DNA of 64,000 bases from Octopus vulgaris (lineage: Eukaryota). The notes beneath the pieces were generated by a model. That model worked only from the letters and a program-made list of their open reading frames with translations, had not been told where the DNA came from and searched no databases. Position 1 is the stretch's first letter; every line of letters begins with the position of its first letter. The stretch is taken from the NCBI GenBank assembly GCA_951406725.2, contig OX597817.1:172050001-172114000 (forward strand). The letters run 5' to 3'. The position numbers and the translations under genes are program-made. Below, in pieces: positions 12,732 to 27,322 of this stretch.

Positions 12732-12889
12732 TAGCTGACCTTATCAATGGGTTTCGTACTGGGTATTAAAACAGGGTGTTAGATGATAACACGATTAAGT
12801 AATATCATATCTACTAGCTCTGAAGAGCGCATTGTATTACTTAGCCATGCTATTATCTAATATCCGGTTTTAATACCCAGTACGAAACC
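12732..12889. ncRNA. Imperfect fold-back carrying a hammerhead split over both strands
   Basis: Plus strand: TAGCT-CTGAAGA...GTAC-GAAACC. Minus strand: GTAC-GAAACC(cattgataa)GGTC-AGCTA. Confidence 0.55.
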
Positions 12890-13770
12890 GACTGTTAATA
12901 CTGTATACTTTAATAATTAATATATCCATTCTATCGAAAAATTTACGAGTGCATATTTTTTCTAACTTATAGATTCTTAGATGAGTTTGTATGTTTATAT
13001 TTTGGCACTCATGTAACATGATGAATATACGATATGTTTGATTGAATAAATATGTCTACAAAATCATGCCAATATGTTTGTTAAACATATGTTTAGTTTC
13101 GCAATAGAATTAAAATCCATGATTAAATCACTAGGCTCCTTCGCAGCTTGATACAAGGATCGAAATAGATAGTTTCTTCTTTCTTAAGGCACATCAGGAA
13201 GATAGCTTACATCTGCCTTTCAAACTACCCAACGAATATAGCGTTCAGTTATTTATTACCCACGTAAAAACAAGTTTGGGTTTTACATAATGGTAGACGG
13301 CTGGCGGCCTAACTATGGAATCAAAACGTTATATATCAAGAAAGACGAAACTATTTGTTCCGTTCTCAATTCTAACTCGCCGAAAGGCCTCGCATTTTAA
13401 TCACAGAGTCAAATTTTACATCGTGATTATTTATATGTTTATCAAACATGTGAATATGTCCTCTTGATATATATATATATATATATATATACAAAGAAAG
13501 TTATGCTGGACTACTGGTTTTAAATTGATATTAAAATTAATATTAATTTATCTCCCTCATTATTTAAATATTGAAATAAATACGTTCTCTAGTAGCAAGC
13601 ACTAACCGCAGTGAATTATTTACTGCAGTTCTTCGCCTCAGGAATTCTTTAGCGCGCCGGAACTAAGACATTTGAAATTTTATACCTAATGTAATCGGTA
13701 AAACTGAACACGTGTCAGTTTTGGCACAGAAAGCCGGGGTTAGTTTTGCGAATTGCATTTACACTGAACG

Positions 13771-13847
13771 ATTGTACTGATGAGGCCACGGACATTTGAA
13801 TTATGTAAGTAGTTCTTTTGTTAAAGGCCGAAACCGAGGTATGCAAT
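13771..13847 (+). ncRNA. Type I hammerhead ribozyme motif
   Basis: ATTGTA-CTGATGA-GGCC...GGCC-GAAAC-cgag-GTA-TGCAAT. Confidence 0.85.
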
Positions 13848-14031
13848 TAATTCTGTTTTTTATATAAATTTTCATCTGTCCTGCCCACCAAATTTGGTTC
13901 TGGTGTTCAATGAATTTCTTTGTAGTTTGATCGTTGATGATCTATTTCTAGCATACGGCCGACTACCTAGTTATTTAAATTATATATATATATATATATA
14001 TATAGCATACGGCCGACTACCCTCATTATTT

Positions 14032-14315
<284 letters not shown>

Positions 14316-14510
14316 ATCAAATAGGGTAATAACATAAATTATTATTATCAGTGGCCTAGCACAAAAGACGAATTAGTCATTAGACAATATATTATTCATA
14401 TAGAAATATAATAAAAGGCTTCCAAATAAGGAAGCGTAGTGCTAGAGACACAAAAAGGGATAAATTCATGGAAGGACTAAAAATCAAAAACATTTACCAT
14501 TACAGCTATA

Positions 14511-14588
14511 TCCCAGACTGATCAGTTTCTACCTATTTCTAGCAAACAGACAGAATATATTTGCTAAGGCAAGGTTCTTCAGTAGGGA
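14511..14588 (-). ncRNA. Type I hammerhead ribozyme motif
   Basis: Minus strand: CCTA-CTGAAGA-ACCT..(TAGCAAA..TTTGCTA hairpin)..AGGTa-GAAAC-tgatca-GTC-TGGG. Confidence 0.75.
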
Positions 14589-14896
14589 GCCTTCTTAATC
14601 CTAGATACACAGACCGTTAGAGCACGTGTAGATCTAACGGTTTGTATATCTTAACTTTCCAAACTTCCGTGTGTATATATATGTATATATATATATACAT
14701 ATATATACACACACACACATATATATATATGTATATATATATATATCAAGTAAGAAAATGTATATATATATATATATATACACACACATATATATATACA
14801 TATATACACACAAACACACGTATATATATGTATATATATATATACATATATATACACACACACACACATATATATATATACATATATATACATATA

Positions 14897-14968
<72 letters not shown>

Positions 14969-14989
14969 CGTATATATATATATATACAT

Positions 14990-15518
14990 ATGTTGTTATA
15001 TTTCGGAATGGTCATATTGCCAGTTTAGCCAATAAAAACACACGCACTATATATTTGGTGTTATTTTGCTTCAGTGATATTTATTTTTTACATTAATCTT
15101 AATCTTATTTCGGCCAGAGTTCTTTCGTCACACTCCTGTGACCGCATCAGTGGTCCTTTGTTTTCTTCTTTCGTATTTGTGTCTCTCCTTACTAACCGTC
15201 AGCCATTTTGTATTTCTATTGTATGTCTTCATTTGCGCATGCTTATATCTCTATGTGCGTCTATGTTTAGTTAGTGTGTGTGTGTGGGGGGATGCCTGTA
15301 ATATTTGTATCTTCTGTTTATATACATTCATGTAATTTGTATTTTGTTTTTGTTGTTGTTGCTTTTGTTCTCATTTTGTTCATGTGTTTACATCCACCCA
15401 TTATTATCATTACATATGCTTGTATGTATGTATAACAACAATATTAGTAATAATAATAATAAATCAAATCGAATATATATATATATATATACATATACAC
15501 ATATATATACACATATAC

Positions 15519-15571
<53 letters not shown>

Positions 15572-15940
15572 CATATACATACATAGATATATATACATAT
15601 ATATAGTTATTCATTTCTATTTGTTTATTTATCTGTGTATTTATTTATTATGTTTTCGGGATCCTCTATCGTCATATGTTGTGGTGTGTGCTATTGCTCC
15701 CTTCTAGTTTTCTATTCAGGCTAGGTTTATTTTCTATTATATGTGTAGCTTCTGTAATTTGTCTAATTGTTGCATCTGTTCTATGTGTGGACAATATCTT
15801 AATTTCTATGTTATTGATTGATCCCCCGTGTTCCTGTTCGGCGTGTTGGTACAGAATGGATGAGCTTTTACCTTCCTTGAGTTGTCTCCAATGTTCATTC
15901 ACCCGCTCTCCTATGACCATTCCGAAATATAACAATATCT
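14990..15940 (-). mobile_element. 5'-truncated Penelope-like element: GIY-YIG C-terminus, 3' pseudo-LTR and short terminal inversion
   Basis: ORF 15672-15950 reads ERVNEH..SILYQH..EH..KIL..RQITEA..I...[31 protein letters not shown] at about 14994-15016 is inverted at about 15913-15935. Confidence 0.8.
15112..15156 (-). ncRNA. Variant hammerhead motif in the PLE 3' end
   Basis: Minus strand: CCA-CTGATGCG-GTCAC(aggagt)GTGAC-GAAAG-aa-CTC-TGG. Confidence 0.6.
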
Positions 15941-15987
15941 GTTTCAACATACGACTTCACATATTTAAACGTATACATATATATATG

Positions 15988-16300
<313 letters not shown>

Positions 16301-16321
16301 ACACATATATATATATATATA

Positions 16322-16583
16322 TCAAGTAAGAAAATGGGGGAGAACAATAGGTGGTTCATCAACTTTTTGGCATTAAATTATGTTAACATGTATTTTATAA
16401 TAATTACTGGTATCCTTATGTATTACTATATTTTATATCTTATATCTTATATGTAAAGCATAATATGTTATATGTCTGTATGTTATTGTAATTATCAATT
16501 TAGTAAATAAATAAATAAGTTAACATAATTTAATGTCTAAAAGTTGATGAACCACCTATTGTTCTCCTCCATTTTCTTAATTG
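16322..16583. repeat. Imperfect inverted repeat, about 70-bp arms
   Basis: AAGAAAATGGGGGAGAACAATAGGTGGTTCATCAACTTTT / AAAAGTTGATGAACCACCTATTGTTCTCCTCCATTTTCTT. Confidence 0.85.
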
Positions 16584-16784
16584 CAATATAAATTAATGGT
16601 AAAATATCTCTTTATCTTCACCCATTTAGTACACTCGGTAATGTAATTGCAATGCAATAAAAAACACTTGTGTATTAATAATTGGGTATTCTACCAGCAG
16701 TATATTGGATAGATATTATCCATTAGTCGGTTGTATTCACAACCTCTAACTTTCTTGGAGTATATATATATATATATATATATG

Positions 16785-18640
16785 GATATCTTGACCATGT
16801 CCTTGCCCCCCTAATGGCTTCCCTCCCCTTTCACATCCATGACACCACCCATGCTCTTCGTTTATTCGACTCTTTCTCCTTCCCTCCTGGCCCCTCTTCA
16901 CTCTTGACATCAAGAGTCTATATACAGTGATCCCTCACCATGAGGGGCTGAGTGCACTCCAACATTTCCTTCACCTTCGACCCAACCTCCAACCTGACAT
17001 ATCCACACTCCTTCGTCTGGCCGAACTTGTCCTCTCACTTAACTGCTTCTCGTTCGCAGGTGATTTTTACCAGCAGCCTCGGGAGTGGCCATGGGAACGA
17101 GAATGGGCCCCAACTATGCGAACCTGTTCGTTGGCTTCGTTGAGGCACAAATATTCTCAACTTTCACTGGTTCCACTCCTGAACTATACGATCACTCACT
17201 AACATCTAGACCCTCCTCACTTTTGTCAAATCTTTCCATCCTGCCCTCCACTTCTCCTGCACTATTTTCAATACCTCAGTCGCCTTTCTCGACAGATCGG
17301 TCAGCATTCAACACTCCACTCTCACCACCTCCATCACTCCACCCTCACCACCTCCATCCACTACAAACACACAGACTCCTTTTCAATTTCGTCTCCTCCT
17401 CCCACCCTAAACACACCAAGCTCTCAATCCCCTATTCCCAATTCCTCCGTCTACGCAGGCTCTGCAGTGACAGCCATGACTTAGAGACTCAGTCGCTACA
17501 CATGGCCCACCACTTCATCCTACGTGGATATCCCCTCACCACTATCCACACCGCCCTTTCCAGAACACGTTCCGTGGACCATGTATCTGCTCTCTCCCCC
17601 GCACCCGCCCCGCCGTCATCCGTCTCCCGTTTCCCTTCACCTACCACCCCAACACCCTACCTCTCCAAGCCTTCCAGCAACTCCAGTCGACCCCTCCACT
17701 TCGCACATCTTCCCTAACCGACCCCTCTCCTCCTTCAAACGAGCCCACAACATACGAGACCTCTTAGTCCACAGCTTCCTTCCTACCCCAACCTACTAAC
17801 CTGGTTCGTTCCCCCTGATCACGCCCACGCTGCTGCACTTGCCCTTACCTCTCTAATACCACCTTCCTCGCAGGCACCCATCATCGACCCTATCATATCA
17901 CTGACTCCTTCACTTGCACTTCTAGCAACGTCATCTACTGCATCTCCTGCTCTCTCTGTCCTTCTCTATACATCGGTCAAACGGGACACCGCATTGCACC
18001 TACTTCCTCTCTTCACTCCTACCCACCTTCACCCTTCCACCCTCTCCCTTCATCGCCACCCCTCCCTCATACCACACCTCTACACATTCCAACCCCATCA
18101 TCCCTATACATCCTACCCCACCCCATCCCATCCCTTAGACCCCACCCTTGCTTCCTCCACTCTCGCCTCCACCACCCAAACACCACCACACCACATCACA
18201 CACCACTACACGACACCAACACACCGCACACCAGTACACCACACCACCATACCACATCGCACCACACCGCACACACTAGCACTGACCACTTCCCAGCACC
18301 TACACCATCATCCACACACCTACACATGCACGCAGGCACACGTCAATGTCACCAGCCCCTTCCACATGCACATACACGATCGCGCACCTTCGTTTTGGGA
18401 TCACCACTACTATATTATCTCCCCTTCTTCCTAGCTTTCCTGTGTGACCCTTCTGTCCGGCATTTGCCATGATAGATCGCTAGCCACTAAACCTTTTTCT
18501 ATTTTCTCTCCCTGCTTATTTATGTGTTCCTTTCTGTCGAAGAGCGTAGGCTCAAGACTTTCTCACTTCCCGTGCGTTAAACTAATACATCTGTTTATTG
18601 TTTACACAGCCGTCTTCGTCTTCTGTTTTTGTATATTCTC
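16785..18640 (+). mobile_element. Decayed Penelope-like retroelement (RT + GIY-YIG; Neptune-like by inference)
   Basis: DIKSLYTVIPH, LNCFSF, AMGTRMGPNYANLF, SIPYSQFLRLRRLCS and FTCTSSNVIYCISC..C..LYIGQTG across frameshifts; C-rich 3' region followed by the pseudo-LTR. Confidence 0.92.
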
Positions 18641-18759
18641 GCTATGTGTGTGTGTGTGTGTATTCATAACTTGTGGTTTATTGCTACTATAGGTCGGAAT
18701 AACAAAAGGATACTAAGATAAACAATGTTTTAGCATCACGGTAAATACAGTAAAAAGGG

Positions 18760-19080
18760 TAATGGCTCCCTTCGGTCATGAATGACCATCGGATTGCACC
18801 TATAAAGTTCCCCCTCCGAGGCACTAGTCCGGACAATGTTATTTAAGGAAGACCAGCAGTGGCCAATGCATACCAGCCCCCTCCTCTCCATGCCGCCGAT
18901 GTCATCCAAGGGAAAGGCAAAGGCGGTATAATTTGGCACCAGTCGCAACTCTTTTCTACAGCTGAGAGAATTGGAGCAATGTGAAATAAAGTGTCTTGCG
19001 AAGATCGCAACACAGCCTAGTCCGGGAGCCGAACTCACTACCTCATGATTGTGTGCCTGACGCTCTAACGAATGAGCAGA
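18760..19080 (-). mobile_element. tRNA-SINE family C
   Basis: tRNA-like head at about 19020-19080; related pieces at 49700-49880 and 50000-50200. Confidence 0.6.
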
Positions 19081-20107
19081 TTGTTTTACTACATATGGTT
19101 ACAATTGTTTCACTGCTATTGGAACTCAAGAGTTTGATTATATATTATTATATAATATATGTAGCTGCAGACTGAAGGTGAACCACTATATTGATACACT
19201 TGAATGTCAGCTCATCAGAATCCTTTTGTACGATACATTTGCTACAGAGAATTATATTATCAATACTTTATTTCTTTGGATAGTAGGAGTGTTTATATGA
19301 ACACACTCGCATATTACAACTAAAACAAAGACAGGAAAAATATAAATAATGCCTAAAGAATAAACCACAGTTTAAATCCCCCGATCAATATATATGACGA
19401 GGAAGAGAGGAAAGATTAAGCATAAAGCAATAGCATAAGTCAGTAAATGATATTGTTTTCTGTCTCCATAAAATATATAGATCATATGATCAGGTAATAG
19501 TATATGTGTTTTTTTAATTCTTCTTTAATTAGACAGGCATTTTCAGACAGTTTCCGTAGACTCTTTAAGATAAAAAAGCAGCCCTAAGCTATGTCAACTC
19601 AGAGCTCATTTGTCAGCCACTACTAAATCCAATGGCCACTTTCGTATATGCACATTGGCGCCTAAATGCAGACTGATGCGGGAAACAAGTAAGAGATATT
19701 ACTTCGCAAACCAACAATAACAGGAAGAAGGTTGTTAAAATGAATTTCTATGCAAAGAAACTTGAATTATAATTCCCGTGTTACATGTATAAGCCATTAT
19801 AATAATAGTTTGAAAATTCAGAATTATGAAAATTCGAAATGAGAAGGAACAGTCCCCTTGCTAATAATTGTATTAATTCCACGGATATTAAGACTTTCCG
19901 GAAATATGGTCTATAAAAATTCAATATATGATTTATAGTTATATCCGATAAAATGTACATGTTGAGCTTAAAAGAGCAAACTCCAGGGTTCACACCCGAA
20001 TGAAGTTTTTAAATAAATAAATGAATGAACATACATACATACATACATACATACATACATACATACATACATACATACATACATACATACATACATACAT
20101 ACATACA

Positions 20108-20390
20108 TTGGAAGCACTCCGTCGGTTACGACGATGAGGGTTCCGGTTGATCCGAATCAACGGAACAGCCTGCTCGTGAAATTAACGTGTAAGTGGCTGA
20201 GCACTCCACAGACACGTGCACCCTTAACGTAGTTCTCGGGGATATTCAGCGTGACACAGAGAGTGACAAGGCCGGCCCCTTGAAATACAGGTACAACAGA
20301 AACAGGAAGTAAGAATGAGAGAAAGTTGTGGTGAAAGAGTACAGCAGGGATCACCACCATCCCCTGCCGGAGCCTCGTGGAGCTTTTAGA
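20108..20390 (-). mobile_element. tRNA-SINE family D (headless copy)
   Basis: Core GAGAAAGTTGTGGTGAAAGAGTACAGCAGGG..GCCGGAGCCTCGTGGAGC is shared with 54640-54951 and 58388-58687, which keep the tRNA head. Confidence 0.8.
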
Positions 20391-20407
20391 TGTATATATA
20401 TATACAC

Positions 20408-20690
20408 TGACCCGAATACCTGGGAGACAATCGCGCTAAGGACCGCCCAAAGCGGCGGCATGTCATCATCGAGGGAAGAGATCTGATGGAAAATCAAAGA
20501 CGTCACGAAGCAAAGATCAAACGCCAAAGACGCAAAGAGCGGCTCGCATTTCCTCGTCTCGTTCCAACCCTCCCCCGCAAAAAATGCACTCCGCTGTTCT
20601 ATACCGCCCTTCGCTTGAACAGCCACCTAAGGCTCCACCACCCTTCACCACCCATCAAGATGAAATGACCCAGTCATTGGCTACAGATCT
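20408..20690 (+). mobile_element. RTE-type LINE 3' fragment
   Basis: WETIA..DRPKRRHVIIEG..KRQRRKER..LNSHLRLH, resembling the RTE C-terminus. Confidence 0.65.
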
Positions 20691-20989
20691 GCTAATCGGT
20701 TATGAGTTAACGCCGACGATGCCATACGTACTTTCATACATACAAACACAGGCACGCACACGTACAAGCACCCACATACGCTCACATACACACGCACACA
20801 CACACACATACATACAAACACGTGCACGCAGGAACTCACAGACATAGACACACACACATATATACATACATACATGCATGTATACACACATACAGGCGTA
20901 CATGTCTAGATATGTAACTATATGCACAAGAATACATTCTTAAAACATACAAATCTGCACACATATATATATAAACTTAGATAAACTTA

Positions 20990-21755
20990 GTTATGTTTCG
21001 ACCAAAGATTGGTCCAGGCCATGTCTAACTTAATAGCACCACCTGATAGAATTATTCGAATCCTGTTTAAGTCCAAGTTTTGTTTAAGTCAAGTTTTGTT
21101 CAAGTAGTGAGTTCTTGTTGGGTGAGTTGTATCAAGTTTTGTTCAAGTAGTGAGTTCTTGTTGGGTGAGTTGTATCCAATTATGGGTGGCTTATCTGGTA
21201 TTCTTTGAAGGAATCTATCCAGACTCCGTTTAAAGTTGATGGGATCCTTTTCCTCTTTGATCTCCCTCGGGACAATGTTAAATAGGGCTGGGCCTGTTGA
21301 GGAAAAGAAATTATGTTGCAGTGTACATGTATGTTGTGATCTTGAATTTGGCAGGGGACGTATGGCCCGTGGTCCCAGTCTTGGATGAACCTTGAAGCTT
21401 ATGTTCAGGTCGTTTGGGCAAAGTTGGCGGTATATTCTCCACATCGTACAAATGATGTACCGCTCACGGCGACCCTGGAGGGAATAAAGTTTCAAGGCTT
21501 TAAGGCGATCCCAATAATCGAGAGCAGCCATGCCTTCAATTCGTTTAGTGAGTGCCCTCTGGGGTGACTCAATTCTGGAGATGTTTTGTCTTCGATGAGG
21601 AGACCACAGTGGGCAGCAGTATTCGAGGTGTGGCCGTACAAGGGAGGAAAAAAAATACAGCGATGCCCTATTGTCTCACTCCACAAAGTGAACGTAAGTC
21701 TTGGGAAGATTCACCTTCCAATAATGCTGTTGTATAGACACAAGACCAACGAAGA
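20990..21755 (-). mobile_element. CR1/L2-group LINE 3' fragment
   Basis: LDYWDRLKALKLYSLQGRRERY..GPALFN..FKRSLDRFLQRIPD; local duplication at about 21090-21175. Confidence 0.85.
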
Positions 21756-21781
21756 GAGTATATATATATATATATATATAT

Positions 21782-21814
<33 letters not shown>

Positions 21815-22120
21815 CATACATACATACATACATACATACATACATACATACATACATACATACATACATACATACATACATACATACATACATACAAACA
21901 AAGAAACAAAGAAACAAAAATGGATAAGGGTCAAAAGCCCGTCAATACACAACGCCATACTAGATTATTGTCTTTAAATAAATGATGAGAGATAAAGATG
22001 AAAACAGAAAGAAAGAAGAATAGGGGCGAGGTGGGAGACTATCAGTGCAGAAAAGCGGAGAGAAAACTACTAACGTCAACCGCTAGATCACAGACCATCA
22101 GAACAGGCCAATTCACATGT

Positions 22121-22166
<46 letters not shown>

Positions 22167-22167
22167 G

Positions 22168-22199
<32 letters not shown>

Positions 22200-22507
22200 C
22201 ATGTGTGTGTATGTGTGTGTGTGTGTGTGTGTGTATGTATATATACATATATATACATACATATATTTGTTGATTCGCCATGATAGATCGCTGGCCACTA
22301 CACATTCTTTATTTTCTCTTCTTGTTTCTTTCTGTGTTCCTTTCTGTGGAAGAGCATAGGCTCGAAACATTAAAGACGTTTTCACTTCTCGAGCGTTATA
22401 CTAATACATCTGTTTGTTGTCTACACCACATGTCTTCGTCTTTTGTTTTTTTTTGAATTCTCCTATATATATATATATATATGTATGTATATATGTATGT
22501 ATTTATA

Positions 22508-22602
<95 letters not shown>

Positions 22603-22610
22603 ATGTATGT

Positions 22611-22650
<40 letters not shown>

Positions 22651-22673
22651 ACATCATATATATATATGTACGT

Positions 22674-22714
<41 letters not shown>

Positions 22715-23044
22715 TATATAAATATGTGTGTGTGTGTTCGTGTGTCTGTGTTTGTGTGTGTGTTCGTGTGTCTGTGTTTGTGTGTGTGTGCGTGTGTGCG
22801 TGTGAACACGCATTCCAAATTTTGACAGTTTTTGTGAGCCGAATTTTAAGTTTTAAGTTTTAAATTCACCTGAAGAAAACGTTTTTTTTTTTCACGATTT
22901 AATCAGTTTATTCATAAATAGAAGAATGCAGCTAAAACAGTTGTAGTGGACCCTAACCCATTTGTGTTTACATACATACAGTCTACCTCCGCTCATATGA
23001 TCCCCCGATTTTCCTCCAACCCACTTACCGCCTTTAAAGTATTG

Positions 23045-23095
<51 letters not shown>

Positions 23096-24895
23096 GAATT
23101 TACAAAAAACAAAAGACTAAGACACGTGTCTAAACAACAAACAGGTGTATTAGTTTAACGCTCGGGAGGGTGGGAAAGTCTTTTACGTTTCGAGCCTACG
23201 CTCTTCAACAGAAAGGAACACGAAATCCCCTTCCAAATCTTGAAAATTTGCCTTGCAATGAAGGCTGGTTTGATTTCTTTTTTAATTTTTCATAAACCCA
23301 TTTTTATTAAAATTTACTTTCAATTTAGCATTCTGCTTTATTATTTTTTCCTCTCCTATCATTTCTCCACGTGCGGTTAACACAATCCCGCAATGAACTT
23401 TAATGCCAAACAGTTGTTATATATTCATATATATATATATAACAACTGTTCTACATTAAAGTTCTTTGCATGCAAGAACGTTACTCAAATTTGACAGAAA
23501 AAATCGTTAAAGCCTTCCAATTTGATGTTGTTTTCCAACAAGAAGTGCGTAGTATTTGAAGTGTGAATCCTAACAGGATTATACAATTAAACACTGGGAG
23601 ATATATCTAACGACGTCCTTTAATTATATTCTTACTTCAAAGCCAAACCCAGAGCTGTTTAATCCTGTCTTTCATTACTCCAGTGTCGATAACGCTGAGT
23701 ACCAGCTACATATATGACAATTTTACTATATCTCCTCTGCACAACTAGTTGTGGTCTTTGTGGTAAAGTTAGAAACCAATATTTCGCGCAGCAAGGCAAA
23801 CAGTGAATTAATGACAATGGTAAGGCACCAGTTAGATTATCTTCTTGCTTTAGTCTTTTCATTTTATTTTAGTTAATTTACTTTTCTATATTTGTTTTTG
23901 TATTTTTCGGTTTCGAAATTAAATTCCTGTCGAGGTTACGGTTACATTGATTCTTAAGTTGCTGCTGTCGTTCTTATTCCTTTACTGCCCACAAGGGGCT
24001 ACACACAGAGGGGACTAACAAGGACAGACATCGACCCTAACGCGTAACTGGTACTTATTTAATCGACCCCGAAAGGATGAAAGACAAAGTCGGCCTCGGC
24101 GGAATTTGAACTCACAACGTAACGGCAGACGAAATACCTATTTCTTTACTACCCACAAGGGGCTAAACACAAAGGGGACAAACAAGGACAGACAAACGGA
24201 TTAAGTCGATTATATCGACCGCAGTGCATAACTGGTACTTAAATTACCGACCCCGAAAGGATGAAAGGCAAAGTCGACCTCGGCGGAATTTGAACTCAGA
24301 ACGTAACGGCAGACGAAATACGGCTACACATTTCGCCCGGCGTGCTAACGATTCTGCCATCTCGCCACTGTCGTTTTTGTCGTTGTCTTTGGTTAGTCAT
24401 GAGTTAGCCTATGATTAAAGGCATTCCAGTCGTGACTATCACTTTCAATTTTTTTTTTTTTCATATGTGCAGGGAAATTAGTACCATGTTATCCAATGTC
24501 TCTATTTCCGTGGCAATGGAGCGTGACTTAAGAGAAATTTAGCTACTACCTTCAGCAGATCAAAGACGATGAAGAGTTTCTCCAGTTGACTCATAGCCCC
24601 TTGAATTATGGGAAGAGGTTCTAATAAACAAAAGCTGCACTGGTATCGATTCCATCGATTACACCAGTTTGCCTATCTAAATTGGTTCTGTATGTAATCA
24701 CTGAAAATAAAAATAAAAGAAAACAAAACAATGGCTGTGTTGTTAAGAAGCCCGCTTTGCAGTCATGAAGTTTCGGGTTCAGTCCTTCTGCACGGCACTG
24801 TGGGCAAGTGACTATTACTACTATAACTCTTGGCCGACCAATACCTTGTGAGTAAATTTGTCAAATGGAAACTGTGTCAAAGTCCGTCGTATATA

Positions 24896-25585
24896 CGAGC
24901 TGGTATCAAAAAGTTCCCGAACTCATTCTGTAGCACGCCAACAGATGGCAGCACACGGTTGCGTATGCAGTGAGAGCTAACAATGATCTTCATGAAGTAG
25001 TGTGCTGAGTGACATCGCTATGTTTACTTTGCAAGTTGTGAAATTTGTGTTTTTGTGACCGCGTCTATTCTGTACTCTGCAATTTTGTCAAGAAGTTGGA
25101 ACAAAGGGCCAATGTGAAATTTTGCGTAAACTTAAGAAGTCTGTTACAGAGATATTGAGCTTGCTTCGGCAAACTTACGGCGAAGAGACAATGGGTCGTA
25201 CGCAATGTCTCGAGGGGCACGGGATTTTCAAAAGCAGAAGAATGATCCTGGAAGATGACGTGGTATTGTGTAACGAGTATTCGTTCCCCAGGGCCAAACT
25301 GTCAATCGAGAGTTCTACGGTGACGTTTGAAGAATTGAAGACGTTCGGCGAAAGCGACCGGATCTGTGGAGTTCGAAGAATTGGTTTCTTCACGACGGCA
25401 ATGCACCCCGTCACCGAGCTCTCCTCACTCGGGAGTTTCTCGCCTAAAACAACATGGCATCGGTTCTGCACCCGCATTTTCGCCAGATTTAGATCCTGCG
25501 GAATTTTACCTCTTCCCCAAGATGAAAATCTAGCTCAAAGGACACCGTTTTAATATCTAGGCGAACCGCAGAAGGTTCTCGACTT
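24896..25585 (+). mobile_element. Internally deleted mariner relic
   Basis: TA|CGAGCTGGTATCAAAAAGTTCC end; EQRANVKFC, LRQTYGEE, WFLHDGNAP.H and PDLDPAEFYLFPKMK remnants. Confidence 0.85.
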
Positions 25586-25775
25586 ACATATAGGGGAGAA
25601 TTCACAAAAAAAAACCAAAAGACGAAGGCAGGTGGTGTAGAAAACAAACAGATGTATTAGTATAACACTCAGGAATAGAAAAAGTCTGTTACGTTTCGAG
25701 CCTACGCTCTTCCACAGAAAGGAACACAGAAAGAAACAAGGAGAGAAAAAATGTGTGTAGTGGCTATATATATAT

Positions 25776-26808
25776 TGTTACGAACCACCTGCCGTCGCTC
25801 AAACTCTTCGGAAAACTGGGGGCCCTACCAAGTCGAGCGACGACGATTCACCGACCCGATCGATCGGTGAATTCGCCACGGAATTCAGAGAGAGAATTCG
25901 GTGGGGGAAGGCGGCAGCGAACTCGGCAACCGGCGACCGGAGAAAACAACAACAACAACAGGAAGAGAGAGACACAAAGAGAGACGGCGGAAGGCAATTG
26001 GCTACATTTAACAACAGTAGTTTATAACAATTATTACATCAAATACATCAAAGAAAATACGTGCAAGAAAGCAAGAAACCAACAAATCAAAGCATGCAGG
26101 TACAGTAACAGTTCAGAGACAACAGTTCAAATCAAATAACGTTCACATTATAGTCCAGAGACAAATCAGTTCTACATTAACGATACAGTTCAAAGTTCTT
26201 TAAAGTCTTTCTCCTTCTCTCTTTCTTTTCAACAACTCTTTTACTTAATTCACAGTGTCTTTACACAGTTCTTTCTTTTTCCTCTTTCCTTCCTTCTCTT
26301 TTTTTCAACACATCAATTCTTTTACATTTCAACTATTCTTTTTTCCTTCGTTAACACATATCAAAACATAAATAAACATATACCGTTACACAATAGCCAG
26401 TGCCCTCATACCGTAGTCCCTCTCTCTTAGCTCCGTAATACTATCTGCCTGTCTTCCTCTTGCACATTCACTGTCATTCTCTCGCTTGTCATCCCTCACA
26501 TTGTCTGTCTGTCTTTCTCAACTGACCGCCTTCGCTATCGCCACCTTCTTGGCTGACCGTCCGTATCACTTCCGTCTCTGGCTAGAACTGCCGGCCGACT
26601 GTTTACAGACTCACAGCCCCTGCTTTTTTTATAGGGTAGCTTCCTCGAACTTTCCTTGACCGGCACAAGGCAAAAGGTCTCCTCAAAACTCATTAATCCT
26701 TCCAGAATCTGACGGAACAAAGGACAATAACTTTGTATTCCAGACTTTCAGACTACAACGAGCAAAGTAGGTCATAGCAGTTGTTTCCTAGTTGACCTAC
26801 TCATATCA
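25776..26808 (-). mobile_element. Probable solo LTR (Gypsy-like)
   Basis: ATAT|TGTTACGA ... TCATATCA|ATAT gives TG..CA ends and a possible 4-bp TSD (inside a TA tract); minus-strand TATAAAAA near 26625-26633. Confidence 0.65.
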
Positions 26809-26880
<72 letters not shown>

Positions 26881-27291
26881 ATATCCCACTATAACCTTCT
26901 TTGCTTCCCCTATCTGTCTTTCTTCCACTCCCCACTATCCTTCGTTCCTTCTCCTTTCTCCTCACTTCTTTTGTTTCTTTCTCTCATCTTTACTCTTGTC
27001 CCTTCTTTTCCACTCTGCCTCTGTTATTCATACGTTACTACAGGCTATTTCCATTGTCCCTTTCTTTACAGTTTCCGCCTACCAAATCCACTCATACGGC
27101 TTCGGTCATTCCAGAACTTTTGTAAAAGGCACATGACCAAGGTGCCATGCTGTAGGACTGAACCCAGATCCGAGTAGTTGGGAAGAAAACTTATTACCAC
27201 ACAGCTACACCTGCGCCTATACGCACATGCATACATACATACGTACGTACATACATACATACATACATACATACATACATACATACATACA

Positions 27292-27322
<31 letters not shown>

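Noticed and set aside
17994-18434. His/Pro/Thr-rich ORF
   Set aside because: It is the C/A-rich low-complexity 3' region of the Penelope-like element.
19160-19225. Minus-strand CTGATGA followed by a GCTGA/TCAGT stem
   Set aside because: No GAAA follows stem II.
25753-26139. 128-aa ORF
   Set aside because: It lies within the probable solo LTR and has no recognisable domain.
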